Assembly: GCA_024693365.1 (NCBI GenBank)
Contig: JAILLF010000054.1
Location: 2,149-66,148, forward strand
Length of the DNA stretch: 64,000 bases
Origin: Acetatifactor sp.
GTDB lineage: Bacteria > Bacillota > Clostridia > Lachnospirales > Lachnospiraceae
Direction of reading: 5' to 3'
Shown here one piece after another: positions 1-9,323 of the stretch (position 1 is the stretch's first letter; the number at the start of each line of letters is the position of its first letter). Made by a program: the position numbers and the translations under genes. The notes below the pieces were generated by a model. That model did no database searches. It worked only from the letters and a program-made list of their open reading frames with translations, and was not told the origin of the DNA.

Positions 1-1111
1 CGTCCAGTATTACGATCGGAATGTCCGCGCCGTAAGAAACATAATTCTGATACACAGGCTCCGTTTCCAGTTGTACCTTTTCGTCATTGACGACCTCATG
101 CGATGCAGGTCTGAGGCCATACAACTCTCCCGCAACGAAATGATCCGCATCTCTGTCCGTCAATAGCCTTGAATCCAAAACGTCTACTGCCAGTCTGCCT
201 TCTTCAAACGATCCGGCGTTTTTCAGCGGAAGAATCGATCCCGAGACCGGACTGTTTCCCGTCGAAACGGCAGGCTCCAGAACCGTACCATTCTCTCCTT
301 CCCGCTCTCTCAACACGGCGATGCGCACCGCCTTATAAAGTCGGTCTGGTTCAGAGACCTCCCCGTCGCCGTCCGCGTCTTCTTCATCTGCGTCCGTCTC
401 ACCATTCCATTTCGTAACGTATCCTTCAACGCAAAGCGAAACGGAAACCGGGCTGTTGGTTCTGAGCCAGGCGGGAAATTCTGCGTAATACCCGTCATCA
501 TTCGTGTCAAACCAAAAAGCGCCTGCCGCGTAGCCATCCCAAAAGGTAACCTGCTCCTCATCCGTCTCCGAATCACTTGCGCTCAGCACGTGTGCCGTTG
601 CCATCAGGGAATCTTCGTCGCCTGCGGCAGCCACGTTGCTGTCCAGCGAATGCTTCAACGCCCCATCGCTCCTTCCGTCAGCGACGTAAAACCGAGGCGT
701 TTCTCCAAGAGCTTTACCCATGTCCGTCGAATCCGGCGTAAAAATAATCGGTACTCCCGTATCGGAAGACGCAGGAAACAGTCGTCCGAATCTGTAATAC
801 TTGTCGATCTCCAGCCCCTCGTCGTTCCAATCCGCGGAGACGATCGGTACGTTTACCGCACCGTTTGTGACAGACAGATATCCTCCTTCCAAATGTCCCG
901 GTGAAATCTGAATGCCTTCCGGTACTCTTACCATCACGTTCATGCTAGTAGACTTAACCTTTTTGTTACTTACAAACCAGGCCAGCGTCAATACGCCGAT
1001 AAGCACGACAAAGAAAGTCGTCAGAAGCAATACGAAATTGTATGCGATTTTTCTTCGCTCCAAAAGCAAGGCGGCGCGATCTTTCTTCTTTTTTTCTTCG
1101 TCTTTCTTCAT
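1..1111 (-). CDS. Hypothetical membrane-anchored/secreted protein, C-terminal part beyond window start; Lys-rich N-terminus plus one TM ending in TLAWF (SipW-type signal-peptide-like)
   Basis: Absent from the ORF track because it has no stop in the window. Hand translation of the minus strand from ATG 1111..1109 gives MKKDEEKKKKDRAALLLERRKIAYNFVLLLTTFFVVLIGVLTLAWFVSNKKVKSTSMNVMVRVPEG... and stays open to position 1. An acidic DADEEDADGDGE stretch follows. Confidence 0.7.
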   Translation of the reverse strand, partial: MKKDEEKKKKDRAALLLERRKIAYNFVLLLTTFFVVLIGVLTLAWFVSNKKVKSTSMNVMVRVPEGIQISPGHLEGGYLSVTNGAVNVPIVSADWNDEGLEIDKYYRFGRLFPASSDTGVPIIFTPDSTDMGKALGETPRFYVADGRSDGALKHSLDSNVAAAGDEDSLMATAHVLSASDSETDEEQVTFWDGYAAGAFWFDTNDDGYYAEFPAWLRTNSPVSVSLCVEGYVTKWNGETDADEEDADGDGEVSEPDRLYKAVRIAVLREREGENGTVLEPAVSTGNSPVSGSILPLKNAGSFEEGRLAVDVLDSRLLTDRDADHFVAGELYGLRPASHEVVNDEKVQLETEPVYQNYVSYGADIPIVILD

Positions 1112-1312
1112 TTCAAACCCCATTCATACCAGTTTCCTGTTTCCCCTTTAATTTATATGGTTCCGTCGCAGATCCAAAAAGTTAGTTTATTCAAATCAGT
1201 TTCCTCAATGGGCGCAATACACCCAATAATGGTTTTCACCAATTTTATCGGCATTTTTGACAAAAAACAATAGTTTTACAACTATAATTTTACACCTTTC
1301 CTTAAATTTTGT

Positions 1313-1364
1313 CAAAAAAAAGCCCGAAAACCCCTCTTGTAAATCGATTCAAGAGATCGTTTTC
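1313..1364 (-). terminator. Probable intrinsic terminator ending the trp operon
   Basis: On the minus strand, an imperfect hairpin gaaaacgatctcttg / caagaggggttttc is followed by gggcTTTTTTTT, about 75 nt downstream of the trpA stop. Confidence 0.5.
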
Positions 1365-1437
1365 AGGCATATTTTATAAAAATTTAAGAATTGAAGTCCG
1401 CGAGCCGTCTTTGCCACGGCTGCCTAGGTGTAATGAT

Positions 1438-2244
1438 CTATGCTTCCTCCACGGCTGCCTTCATGCTCCTTACGTACGCTGCGAGATCGGGAGCGGCATC
1501 CTTTCCCTTTGCGGCAATAATCTTGACGATGGCGCTTCCCACGATGCTGCCGTCAGAGATGGCCGCCATCTTCTTCGCCTGCTCCGGAGTGCTGATGCCA
1601 AAGCCAACGGCACAGGGAACGTCCGTCACCTCACGGATGCTCTGGACGATTGCTGAAATATCCGTCTTAATCTCACTCCGTACGCCGGTTACGCCCATGG
1701 AACTCACGACATAGATAAAGCCCTTGGCCTCCTTCGCAGTCATCTGGATGCGGGCTTCTGAAGTCGGTGCGATCATGGAGATCACGGCAACGCCGTGCGC
1801 ATTTGCAGGCTCATCCATCTCCGCCTTCTCCTCATAGGGAAGGTCCGGAATAATAATGCCGTCAACGCCAAGCTCCTCGCATTTTGCAAAGAACCGGTCA
1901 TATCCGTAGTGGAACACGGGATTGCAGTAGGTCATAAAGCACAGAGGAATCTGGCTCACCTCGCGGATGCGCCGCACGATCTCAAACGCCCCGTCCGTCG
2001 TCATGCCACCCTTCAGCGCCCGGATGTTGGCATCCTGGATCACCACGCCCTCTGCCGTGGGATCAGAGAATGGAACGCCAATTTCGATCAGGTCAGCACC
2101 TGCCTTTTCCATCTCCAGCACAAACTTCACGGTGCTGTCCGCATCGGGATCCCCCGCCGTCAGAAAGGCAATAAATGCTTTCCCGTTATTGTTTTCAAAT
2201 GCTTTGTGAATTTTATTGTTTACAAATCTGTTATCTGCCTGCAT
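1438..2244 (-). CDS. trpA: Tryptophan synthase alpha subunit
   Basis: 268-aa ORF with typical TrpA sequence (FIAFLTAGDPD, EIGVPFSDPTAEG, GFGISTPEQA). Last gene of the trp operon. Confidence 0.95.
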   Translation of the reverse strand: MQADNRFVNNKIHKAFENNNGKAFIAFLTAGDPDADSTVKFVLEMEKAGADLIEIGVPFSDPTAEGVVIQDANIRALKGGMTTDGAFEIVRRIREVSQIPLCFMTYCNPVFHYGYDRFFAKCEELGVDGIIIPDLPYEEKAEMDEPANAHGVAVISMIAPTSEARIQMTAKEAKGFIYVVSSMGVTGVRSEIKTDISAIVQSIREVTDVPCAVGFGISTPEQAKKMAAISDGSIVGSAIVKIIAAKGKDAAPDLAAYVRSMKAAVEEA

Positions 2245-2402
2245 TGTTATCTATTCCTCCATACTACTCTCTATCCGTGGTTTCAATCACGCGCGTCGCT
2301 GATTGTTTGTCGCGGGTTTGTTGTGGTTCTCTCGCCTTTTCATAAGCCGGCGACGCTGCTTATGCCCTCGCGGCTCCTAAGTTTGTCACTCGGTCGTCCT
2401 GC

Positions 2403-3587
2403 TTAGTCATGGATGTCCACGCCGCGATATCTTGCGATTGCCGCCACGTCCTTGTCGCCCCTGCCAGAAATATTGATGATGATGCTCTCGTCCTTGCCAA
2501 AGTCTTTCGCAATCTTTAGGGCGTGTGCCACAGCGTGCGCACTCTCAATGGCGCAGATGATGCCTTCCGTGCGGGCCAGATATTCAAAGGCATCCACGGC
2601 CTCGTCATCGGTCACAGGCACGTACTGGGCGCGTCCAATGTCATGAAGGTAAGCATGCTCCGGTCCAATGCCGGGATAGTCAAGTCCTGCGGAAATTGAA
2701 TATACGGGAGCAATCTGGCCATACTCATCCTGGCAGAAATAAGACTTCATGCCGTGGAAAATGCCAATGCTGCCCGTTGCGATCGTTGCAGCGGTGAGCG
2801 CCGTATCCACGCCCTTGCCGGCAGCTTCGCAGCCGATCAGCTTCACGTCCTTGTCGTCGATGAAGTTGTAGAATGCCCCCATGGCATTGCTGCCGCCGCC
2901 CACACAGGCGATGACTGCTGCCGGAAGCTTGCCCTCTGCCTTCAGGATCTGCTCCTTCATCTCCTTGCTGATCACGCTCTGGAAATCACGAACGATCATG
3001 GGGAAGGGATGAGGTCCCATTACGGAACCGAGGCAGTAATGCGTGTCATTCACGCGGTTTGTCCACTCACGCATTGTTTCATTTACGGCATCCTTCAAGG
3101 TCATCGTGCCGCTGGTCACGGGATGCACCTTCGCGCCAAGAAGCTCCATGCGATATACGTTCAGTGCCTGACGGTCCGTGTCTTCCTTGCCCATGAATAT
3201 CTCGCACTCCATGCCCAGCAGGGCTGCCGCCGTTGCCGTTGCCACGCCGTGCTGACCCGCGCCGGTCTCAGCGATCAGCCTCGTCTTGCCCATCTTCTTT
3301 GCAAGCAGCGCCTGCCCCAAAACATTGTTGATCTTGTGCGAACCCGTATGATTTAAGTCCTCACGCTTCAGATAGATTTTTGCGCCGCCCAGATCCTTCG
3401 TCATCTTGTCCGCATAGTACAACAGCGACGGACGCCCTGCGTATTCATTAAAGAGCTTTTGAAGCTCCGCGTTGAACTCCGGATCCTTCTTGTAATGCTC
3501 ATACGCCTCTTCCAATCTGATCAACTCATTCATCAGCGTCTCTGAAATATACTGACCGCCATGAATTCCATATCTGCCCTTACTCAT
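2403..3587 (-). CDS. trpB: Tryptophan synthase beta subunit (PLP-dependent)
   Basis: 394-aa ORF with the [12 protein letters not shown]-lysine motif and GGGSNAMG. Confidence 0.97.
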   Translation of the reverse strand: MSKGRYGIHGGQYISETLMNELIRLEEAYEHYKKDPEFNAELQKLFNEYAGRPSLLYYADKMTKDLGGAKIYLKREDLNHTGSHKINNVLGQALLAKKMGKTRLIAETGAGQHGVATATAAALLGMECEIFMGKEDTDRQALNVYRMELLGAKVHPVTSGTMTLKDAVNETMREWTNRVNDTHYCLGSVMGPHPFPMIVRDFQSVISKEMKEQILKAEGKLPAAVIACVGGGSNAMGAFYNFIDDKDVKLIGCEAAGKGVDTALTAATIATGSIGIFHGMKSYFCQDEYGQIAPVYSISAGLDYPGIGPEHAYLHDIGRAQYVPVTDDEAVDAFEYLARTEGIICAIESAHAVAHALKIAKDFGKDESIIINISGRGDKDVAAIARYRGVDIHD

Positions 3588-3684
3588 CTCTTCGTTCCTT
3601 TCTTTTGGGGTTCTTACTTTTGGGGTTCTTTCTTTTTCGTTTCTTTCCAGTTCTTTCTTGCTCTTCTATTCCGGTTCTTTCTTT

Positions 3685-4440
3685 TCAGTTCTTTCCGGCC
3701 TTCCGCGCCGCAGAAACTGCAAGCTTCATTTTCTCAAGATTCTTCACGCCTTCCGTTTCAACGCTGCTGCTCAAATCCACCGCATAGGGCCGCACCTGTT
3801 CGTATGCCTCACCAATGTTTTCCGTGCTAATTCCTCCTGCCAGGAAGAATTCCTTGGGAAGCGTTCCGCCATAGTCCGCCAGCACTTCCGCGAGCACGCT
3901 CCAGTCAAAGGTTTTGCCCGTTCCCGTACCGCTGTCAAAGAGCAAGTAATCTGCTGCCGAATCCAGCCAGGCTTCCACGGCGTATCGATTTATCAATTTC
4001 GCATTTTCTTGATTTCCCGCCTGTATGTCGCTTGATTTCACAGTCTTCGCAACTTCTGCATCTCCCACCTGCACGTCGCTTGATTTCACGACTTTCCCGT
4101 CTTCCTGCTTTATGAATCTCACAACCTTGATCACGGGCTTGCCCGTCGCAGCTTTGACGTAAACAATGTCTTCTTCGCTTTCCTGGCCATGGAGCTGCGC
4201 CACGTCAATAATGCCTTCTTCCAGAAATTGTACGACATGTTCCACTGGCTCATTCACAAAGACGCCCACCGCCGTAATGCCAGGCGCAAGCTCGTTCCTC
4301 AGTTCTCTTGCAATCTCCTTTGTGATGCTCCTTCGAAAACCTGCCGTCAGGATAAATCCCACGTAATCAGGCTTCACCTCATTGGCGTACGCGACGTCCT
4401 CCGGTCTTCTTAAACCGCAAATCTTAATCTTCATCCGCAC
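3685..4440 (-). CDS. trpF: Phosphoribosylanthranilate isomerase carrying a ~40-aa in-frame repeat insertion
   Basis: 251 aa. KICGL start motif and GGTGKTFDW-like SGTGTGKTFDW. Longer than typical TrpF (~200 aa) because of the VKSSD(V/I)Q(V/A)G repeat segment. Confidence 0.9.
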   Translation of the reverse strand: MRMKIKICGLRRPEDVAYANEVKPDYVGFILTAGFRRSITKEIARELRNELAPGITAVGVFVNEPVEHVVQFLEEGIIDVAQLHGQESEEDIVYVKAATGKPVIKVVRFIKQEDGKVVKSSDVQVGDAEVAKTVKSSDIQAGNQENAKLINRYAVEAWLDSAADYLLFDSGTGTGKTFDWSVLAEVLADYGGTLPKEFFLAGGISTENIGEAYEQVRPYAVDLSSSVETEGVKNLEKMKLAVSAARKAGKN

Positions 4441-4545
4441 CTACCGCCTAATTTACCTTTTCCGCCTTCCGGCGGTACCGTCTCGCCATTTACTACTGCC
4501 TGGATCGATTTTTTCGCCTTCCGGCTGTACCGTCCTCGTCTTTTC

Positions 4546-5349
4546 CTACCGCCCAGCCAGTTCGTCCAGCATTTTCTTTTTGTCAGGGCTTCTCATGAAC
4601 GTCTCGCCGATGAGTACCGCATTGACGCCGCCCCGTTCCAGTCTTGCAATGTCTTCACGGGTCTTCATTCCGCTCTCAGAAACAAACAAGCGATCCTTCG
4701 GAACCAGTTCGCGAAGTCTGACGGAATTTTGGATGTCCACCGTGAAATCCTTCAGATTCCTGTTGTTCACGCCGATGATCCTTGCGCCGGAGCGAAGCGC
4801 CATCTCAACCTCCTGCTCATCATGCGTCTCCACCAACGCCGCAAGGCCAAGTTCCTTTGCAAGTCCAAGATATTCGGAAAGCTCCAGGTCAGAAAGCAGG
4901 GCGCAGATGAGAAGCACTGCATTGGCTCCCATTTCCTTGGCCTGATAAAGCATGTAGGCATCCACCGTAAAATCCTTCCGCAGAATCGGGATGTTGATCT
5001 CCCGCCGGATCTCCCGCAGATACTCATCACTTCCCCTGAAGTAAAACGGCTCCGTCAGGATGGACGTGGCGCTTGCCCCCGCCTTCTCATACTCTTTCGC
5101 GATCTCCAAATACGGAAAATCCGGTGCGATCAATCCCTTGGAAGGCGATGCCTTCTTCACCTCACATATGAAGCTCATTCCCTCCTTTGCCAGTGCCTTT
5201 TCAAAAGCACTACCTCCGTAAGTTCCTTCCGCCTTCTCCTTCGCAAGAATTTCCCCGACAACCGCCCGCAGCTCCTGCTCCGGAACGTGCCTTTTCTCCA
5301 CCTGGATTCTCTCTCTCGTTTTCCCTGCTATTTCATCCAATATCGTCAT
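4546..5349 (-). CDS. trpC: Indole-3-glycerol phosphate synthase
   Basis: 267 aa with IAEVKKASPSKG-like ICEVKKASPSKG and a typical TrpC layout. Confidence 0.95.
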   Translation of the reverse strand: MTILDEIAGKTRERIQVEKRHVPEQELRAVVGEILAKEKAEGTYGGSAFEKALAKEGMSFICEVKKASPSKGLIAPDFPYLEIAKEYEKAGASATSILTEPFYFRGSDEYLREIRREINIPILRKDFTVDAYMLYQAKEMGANAVLLICALLSDLELSEYLGLAKELGLAALVETHDEQEVEMALRSGARIIGVNNRNLKDFTVDIQNSVRLRELVPKDRLFVSESGMKTREDIARLERGGVNAVLIGETFMRSPDKKKMLDELAGR

Positions 5350-5529
5350 ATCATTAATCCCTATAATAGCGCTCTCTCGCCTTTATTATCCTTATTTTCC
5401 AGTCCTACTCTTCTGTCCTACTCTTCTGTCCTTATCTTTTCTCTTGTTTTCGTTCTTATTTTTTTCTCTCGTCATTGTTGCCTTGACGATCCATCTCAAA
5501 CCGTAAGCTTTCAACAACCTCGAGGGGGA

Positions 5530-5590
5530 GGGTCAGGTTAGTCCTTCTCAGGCATGTGTGCCAAGCGTGCCTGAAAGGACTATCTGACCC
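5530..5590 (-). other. Long imperfect stem-loop (~22 paired positions) inside the trpGD-trpC spacer
   Basis: gggtcag/ctgaccc, tagtcctt/aaggacta and tcaggca/tgcctga arms surround a 13-nt loop. No U-tract follows on the mRNA strand. Confidence 0.7.
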
Positions 5591-5609
5591 CGCCCCTGAG
5601 TTCCGCATC

Positions 5610-7235
5610 TTACTTATTTGTCAACGTTACAAACTCTTCCATCTTCTTGTATGCATCACCGCTGTCGATCACGCGTGCCGCAAGGGCAACGCCCTCCTTG
5701 AGGGAAGCGGCCTTTCCTGCCACGTAGAGCGCCGCGCCGGCATTCATCAGAACTGCGGTTCTCTTGCCGCCCTGTTCCTCGCCGCGGAGCACTGCCTTTG
5801 TGATCTCTGCATTTTCTGCAGGCGTTCCGCCAAGAAGATCCTTCTGGCCGCAATGGCTAAGTCCCATGTCCTCGGGCGTGATCACGTACTTCTTGAAGGT
5901 GCCGTGATCGATCTCACACACGGCCGTCTCGCCCACCGCCGAAATCTCATCCAGCTTTTCTCTTCCAAATACCACCAGACCCCTTTGGATACCAAGGTTG
6001 GAAAGCACCTTTGCCAGCGGCTCCAGGAGCGCCTCCTCATAAACGCCAAGAACGATCATGGAAGGACATGCGGGATTGGTCAGAGGCCCAAGGATGTTGA
6101 AGATCGTGCGGATTCCGAGTTCTTTGCGGATGGGGCCCACGTACTTCATGGCACTGTGATACTTCTGTGCAAACAGGAAACAGATGCCTGCCTCGTTCAG
6201 AACCTCTATGCTCTTTTCCGGTCCGATCGTGATGTTTGCGCCAAGCGCTTCCAGACAGTCTGCGGCACCGGATTTCGAACTTGCCGCACGGTTGCCGTGC
6301 TTCGTCACGGGCACGCCGGCCGCTGCGATTACCATTGCCGACGTAGTCGAAATGTTGAAGGAATTTGCATTGTCTCCGCCGGTTCCGACAATCTCCAGCG
6401 TAGACTTTTCCGAATGGAGCTTTAGGCTATGATCCCGCATTGCCTCAGCAGAACCGGTGATCTCCTCTATGGTCTCGCCCTTCATGGAAAGTGCGGTGAG
6501 ATATGCACTCTTTTGCACCTCAGACGTATTGCCGTCCATAATCTCATTCATCACGGCCTTCGCCATGTCATAACCAATATTTTCTTTTTTGCTCAGCAGA
6601 ATGATTGCTTTCTTGATCGTGTCTGCAGATGCCTTCTTTTCAGGTGCAGGCTCCGCAGCAGTCGCGGTTCCCTTGCCCAGGAAATTCTCCAGCACGCGGT
6701 TCCCTTCGGGCGTTAAAATGGATTCCGGATGGAACTGCAGGCCATAGACCGGTGCGCTCACGTGCTCCACCGCCATGATCTCACCGTCTGCGGTACGCGC
6801 CGTCACCTTCAGGCAATCAGGCAATGTTTCTGCCTCTGCGGAAAGAGAATGATATCTTCCCACCGTCATCTCATCATGCATGCCCGTAAAGAGCTTGCTG
6901 GAGGTATCGATCTTTGCGACGCTCTGCTTGCCGTGCATCAACTCCTTGGCATAAGTGATCTTACCGCCAAGTGCCTCACAGATGGCCTGATGTCCAAGGC
7001 AGATGCCAAGGATGGGGACCTTTCCGGTAAAGTGTTTCACCACGTCCTCACAGATTCCCGCATCTGCAGGTCTTCCCGGTCCGGGCGACATGATAATGTA
7101 CTCAGGCGCAAGCTTTTCAATCTCCTCTACGGACGCCTCATCGTTTCTGATCACTTTGACGTCCGGCGAAATGGCACCGACCATCTGATATACGTTATAA
7201 GAAAAACTGTCATAGTTATCAATCAATAAAATCAT
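5610..7235 (-). CDS. trpGD: Bifunctional anthranilate synthase component II (glutamine amidotransferase) / anthranilate phosphoribosyltransferase
   Basis: 541 aa. The N-terminal half is TrpG-like (MILLIDNYDSFSYN, GICLGHQ, HPES). The C-terminal half is TrpD-like (GTGGDNANSFNISTTSA, KHGNRAASSKSG). Confidence 0.95.
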   Translation of the reverse strand: MILLIDNYDSFSYNVYQMVGAISPDVKVIRNDEASVEEIEKLAPEYIIMSPGPGRPADAGICEDVVKHFTGKVPILGICLGHQAICEALGGKITYAKELMHGKQSVAKIDTSSKLFTGMHDEMTVGRYHSLSAEAETLPDCLKVTARTADGEIMAVEHVSAPVYGLQFHPESILTPEGNRVLENFLGKGTATAAEPAPEKKASADTIKKAIILLSKKENIGYDMAKAVMNEIMDGNTSEVQKSAYLTALSMKGETIEEITGSAEAMRDHSLKLHSEKSTLEIVGTGGDNANSFNISTTSAMVIAAAGVPVTKHGNRAASSKSGAADCLEALGANITIGPEKSIEVLNEAGICFLFAQKYHSAMKYVGPIRKELGIRTIFNILGPLTNPACPSMIVLGVYEEALLEPLAKVLSNLGIQRGLVVFGREKLDEISAVGETAVCEIDHGTFKKYVITPEDMGLSHCGQKDLLGGTPAENAEITKAVLRGEEQGGKRTAVLMNAGAALYVAGKAASLKEGVALAARVIDSGDAYKKMEEFVTLTNK

Positions 7236-7272
7236 TGCATTTCCTCCCGTCCTGCAAATTCACTATTCTGCG

Positions 7273-8748
7273 TTACTCCATGCCCTCGCTTGCCGCGATG
7301 AGCGCCTCCCTTACGGCCGCTGCCTTTTGCATGCACTCCTGATACTCCTTTTCCGGAACGCTGTCAGCAACAATTCCGGCGCCGACGCGGATAAATACCT
7401 TACCGTTCTTGGCAAAGGCCAGCCGGATGCCAATGCAGGTATCCAGATTTCCCGTGAAGGAAAGGTAACCGATGGCTCCCCCGTATATGCCGCGCTTATT
7501 ATTCTCCAGCTCATTGATGATTTCGCAGGCCCTCAGCTTCGGCGCTCCGGAAAGCGTTCCCGCCGGAAGGATCGCATCTACGCAATCCAGTGCGTCCTTT
7601 CCCTCTGCCAGCTGTCCGCTGACGGTGGAACCAATGTGCATCACGTGGGAGTATCTCTCAATTCCCATGTATTTCTCGACCTGTACCGTTCCCAGCCGGC
7701 TTACCTTACCGACGTCATTTCTTCCAAGGTCAACCAGCATGTTATGCTCTGCCTTTTCTTTTTCATCTGCCAGCAGCTCCTTTTCCAGCGCTGCATCCTC
7801 GGCCGGCGTTGCACCGCGTTTTCTCGTTCCCGCAAGCGGATACGTAAACACCCTGTCGCCTTCCAGCTTTACCAGCGTCTCAGGGCTGGCTCCCGTAAAC
7901 TCTCCGTCCGCGCCGGAGAAATAAAACATATACGGGGAAGGATTATTGGTCCGAAGCACCCTGTATGCATCCAGAAGGCTTCCTTCCACGTCGGCCTCCA
8001 TGCGGTTGGAAAGAACCACCTGGAAAATATCGCCCTCTTTGATGTAATGCTTTCCCTTCTCCACCATCTCGCAGTATTCCGTTTCATCAAACAACGACCG
8101 GAAATCCGACTTCAGCTTCAACCGATCCTCCTTGGCCCTCTCGCCTCCCTCGATCAGCCGCTTCATGCCCTCCAGCTCGATCAGTGCCTTATTGTAATTG
8201 ATCTCCAAGTCATTCGTCTTTACGTTGGTAATGAGAATGATCTTCTGACGGAAATGATCAAACGCGATCACCTTATGGAACAGCATCAGATTCACGTCGG
8301 AAAAGCCCTCTTCATCCTTTGCGTCAAGCTTCAGACTCGGCTCTGCATATTTGATATAATCATATGCGAAGTATCCCACCAGTCCGCCGGTGAAACCAGG
8401 CAGATCAGGCAGCTGCGGGCTTGCGTTATCCTTCATGATCTCACGGATGCATGCCTTCACGTCCTTTGTTTCCCGTTGCGTCGTCAGTGAAGTTTTGATC
8501 GTGGTTACGCCATTTCTGCAAGAAAGCTCCAGAAGCGGATCATATCCCAAAAAAGAATACCTGCTCCAACGCTTTTGAGAATCCGCGCTTTCCAACAAAT
8601 ACACGTGACGGCTGACTCTTTTCAAGATTCGAAGAATCTCGATGGGCGTCTTCGCGTCGCCGTAAATTTCCGTGGAAAGAGGAATCACGCCGTATTCACC
8701 CGTTTCCGCCAGTTTCCTACATTCCTCCAATGTCTGATTCACCTTCAT
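7273..8748 (-). CDS. trpE: Anthranilate synthase component I
   Basis: 491 aa, chorismate-binding family (LESADS, GAIGYLSFTGNLDTCIGIR). Confidence 0.95.
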   Translation of the reverse strand: MKVNQTLEECRKLAETGEYGVIPLSTEIYGDAKTPIEILRILKRVSRHVYLLESADSQKRWSRYSFLGYDPLLELSCRNGVTTIKTSLTTQRETKDVKACIREIMKDNASPQLPDLPGFTGGLVGYFAYDYIKYAEPSLKLDAKDEEGFSDVNLMLFHKVIAFDHFRQKIILITNVKTNDLEINYNKALIELEGMKRLIEGGERAKEDRLKLKSDFRSLFDETEYCEMVEKGKHYIKEGDIFQVVLSNRMEADVEGSLLDAYRVLRTNNPSPYMFYFSGADGEFTGASPETLVKLEGDRVFTYPLAGTRKRGATPAEDAALEKELLADEKEKAEHNMLVDLGRNDVGKVSRLGTVQVEKYMGIERYSHVMHIGSTVSGQLAEGKDALDCVDAILPAGTLSGAPKLRACEIINELENNKRGIYGGAIGYLSFTGNLDTCIGIRLAFAKNGKVFIRVGAGIVADSVPEKEYQECMQKAAAVREALIAASEGME

Positions 8749-8873
8749 GTCAGATACCTCCTTTATTCTTTGCTTGACAAATGCCCTGCTTCGCAGCTTT
8801 TGATTTTATTTCGCGTACGCTCGGGTGAAATCAAATGCCCTGCTTCGCAGGTCGCTTGATTTCCTTCCTCGCT

Positions 8874-8918
8874 ACAAAAAAAGTCCTTGACAATATCTCT
8901 TCGATACTGTCAAGGACG
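8874..8918 (-). terminator. T-box terminator hairpin
   Basis: Minus strand: gtccttgacag...(loop)...ctgtcaaggac followed by TTTTTTT. Confidence 0.85.
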
Positions 8919-9205
8919 GGTAAATTCTTTTCCCGCGGTGCCACCTTGATTCACTCCCCTATGGGTAGTGCCCTTATCGGATACCAACATATCCTGTGCA
9001 ATTTACGCATGCCTTACGTCGCCCCATACTCTGAAGCCCGCTCCCGCGTTCCTCATTTCTAAGCGCCCTCCGTGGTCCATTTAACAGCCTGCATTTCCAA
9101 CCTTTCTCAGCATCCGGTCTCTCTGTAAGCGCACCTACTGTTTTTATCTCCACTTCCTCGGTTTCAAGTCCGCTATTCAATTTTCTAAAGCAATTACGCT
9201 CTTCA
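8874..9205 (-). promoter_or_regulatory. T-box leader (tRNA-Trp-responsive transcription antitermination riboswitch) for the trp operon
   Basis: The minus strand contains the conserved T-box sequence AATCAAGGTGGCACCGCGGGA (plus coordinates ~8932..8952), immediately followed by a terminator hairpin. An AGAGA motif lies in stem I. The candidate specifier is UGG followed by A (plus 9077..9079). Confidence 0.85.
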
Positions 9206-9215
9206 CTTGAAAAGA

Positions 9216-9244
9216 ATCATAACGCTATCGCAAGCAATTGTCAA
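9216..9244 (-). promoter_or_regulatory. SigmaA-type promoter of the trp operon
   Basis: Minus strand TTGACA (9244..9239), 17-nt spacer, TATGAT (9221..9216), just upstream of the T-box leader. Confidence 0.6.
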
Positions 9245-9323
9245 TATGTTTTTTTATATTTCCAATCTTTCCAATCTTTCGAATGATTTCGTTATCCGCC
9301 CCAAAACAGGGTAAAGGAAACTA

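Noticed and set aside
169-904. Track ORFs 169..417(+), 310..576(-) and 590..904(+)
   Set aside because: All are alternative frames or strands of the longer uninterrupted minus-strand frame 1..1111, which has a plausible signal-anchor N-terminus.
3588-3684. TRAP (MtrB) binding site in purine-rich trp spacers
   Set aside because: TRAP needs 9-11 GAG/UAG triplets at 2-3-nt spacing. The spacers contain mostly GAA/AGA/AAG and very few GAG/UAG, and the operon already has a T-box.
1391-8490. Numerous plus-strand ORFs (60-390 aa) across the trp operon, and similar antisense ORFs throughout the window
   Set aside because: They lie opposite well-supported conserved genes, have Arg/Ser/Leu/His-rich antisense-type composition and lack SDs. 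They are typical shadow ORFs.
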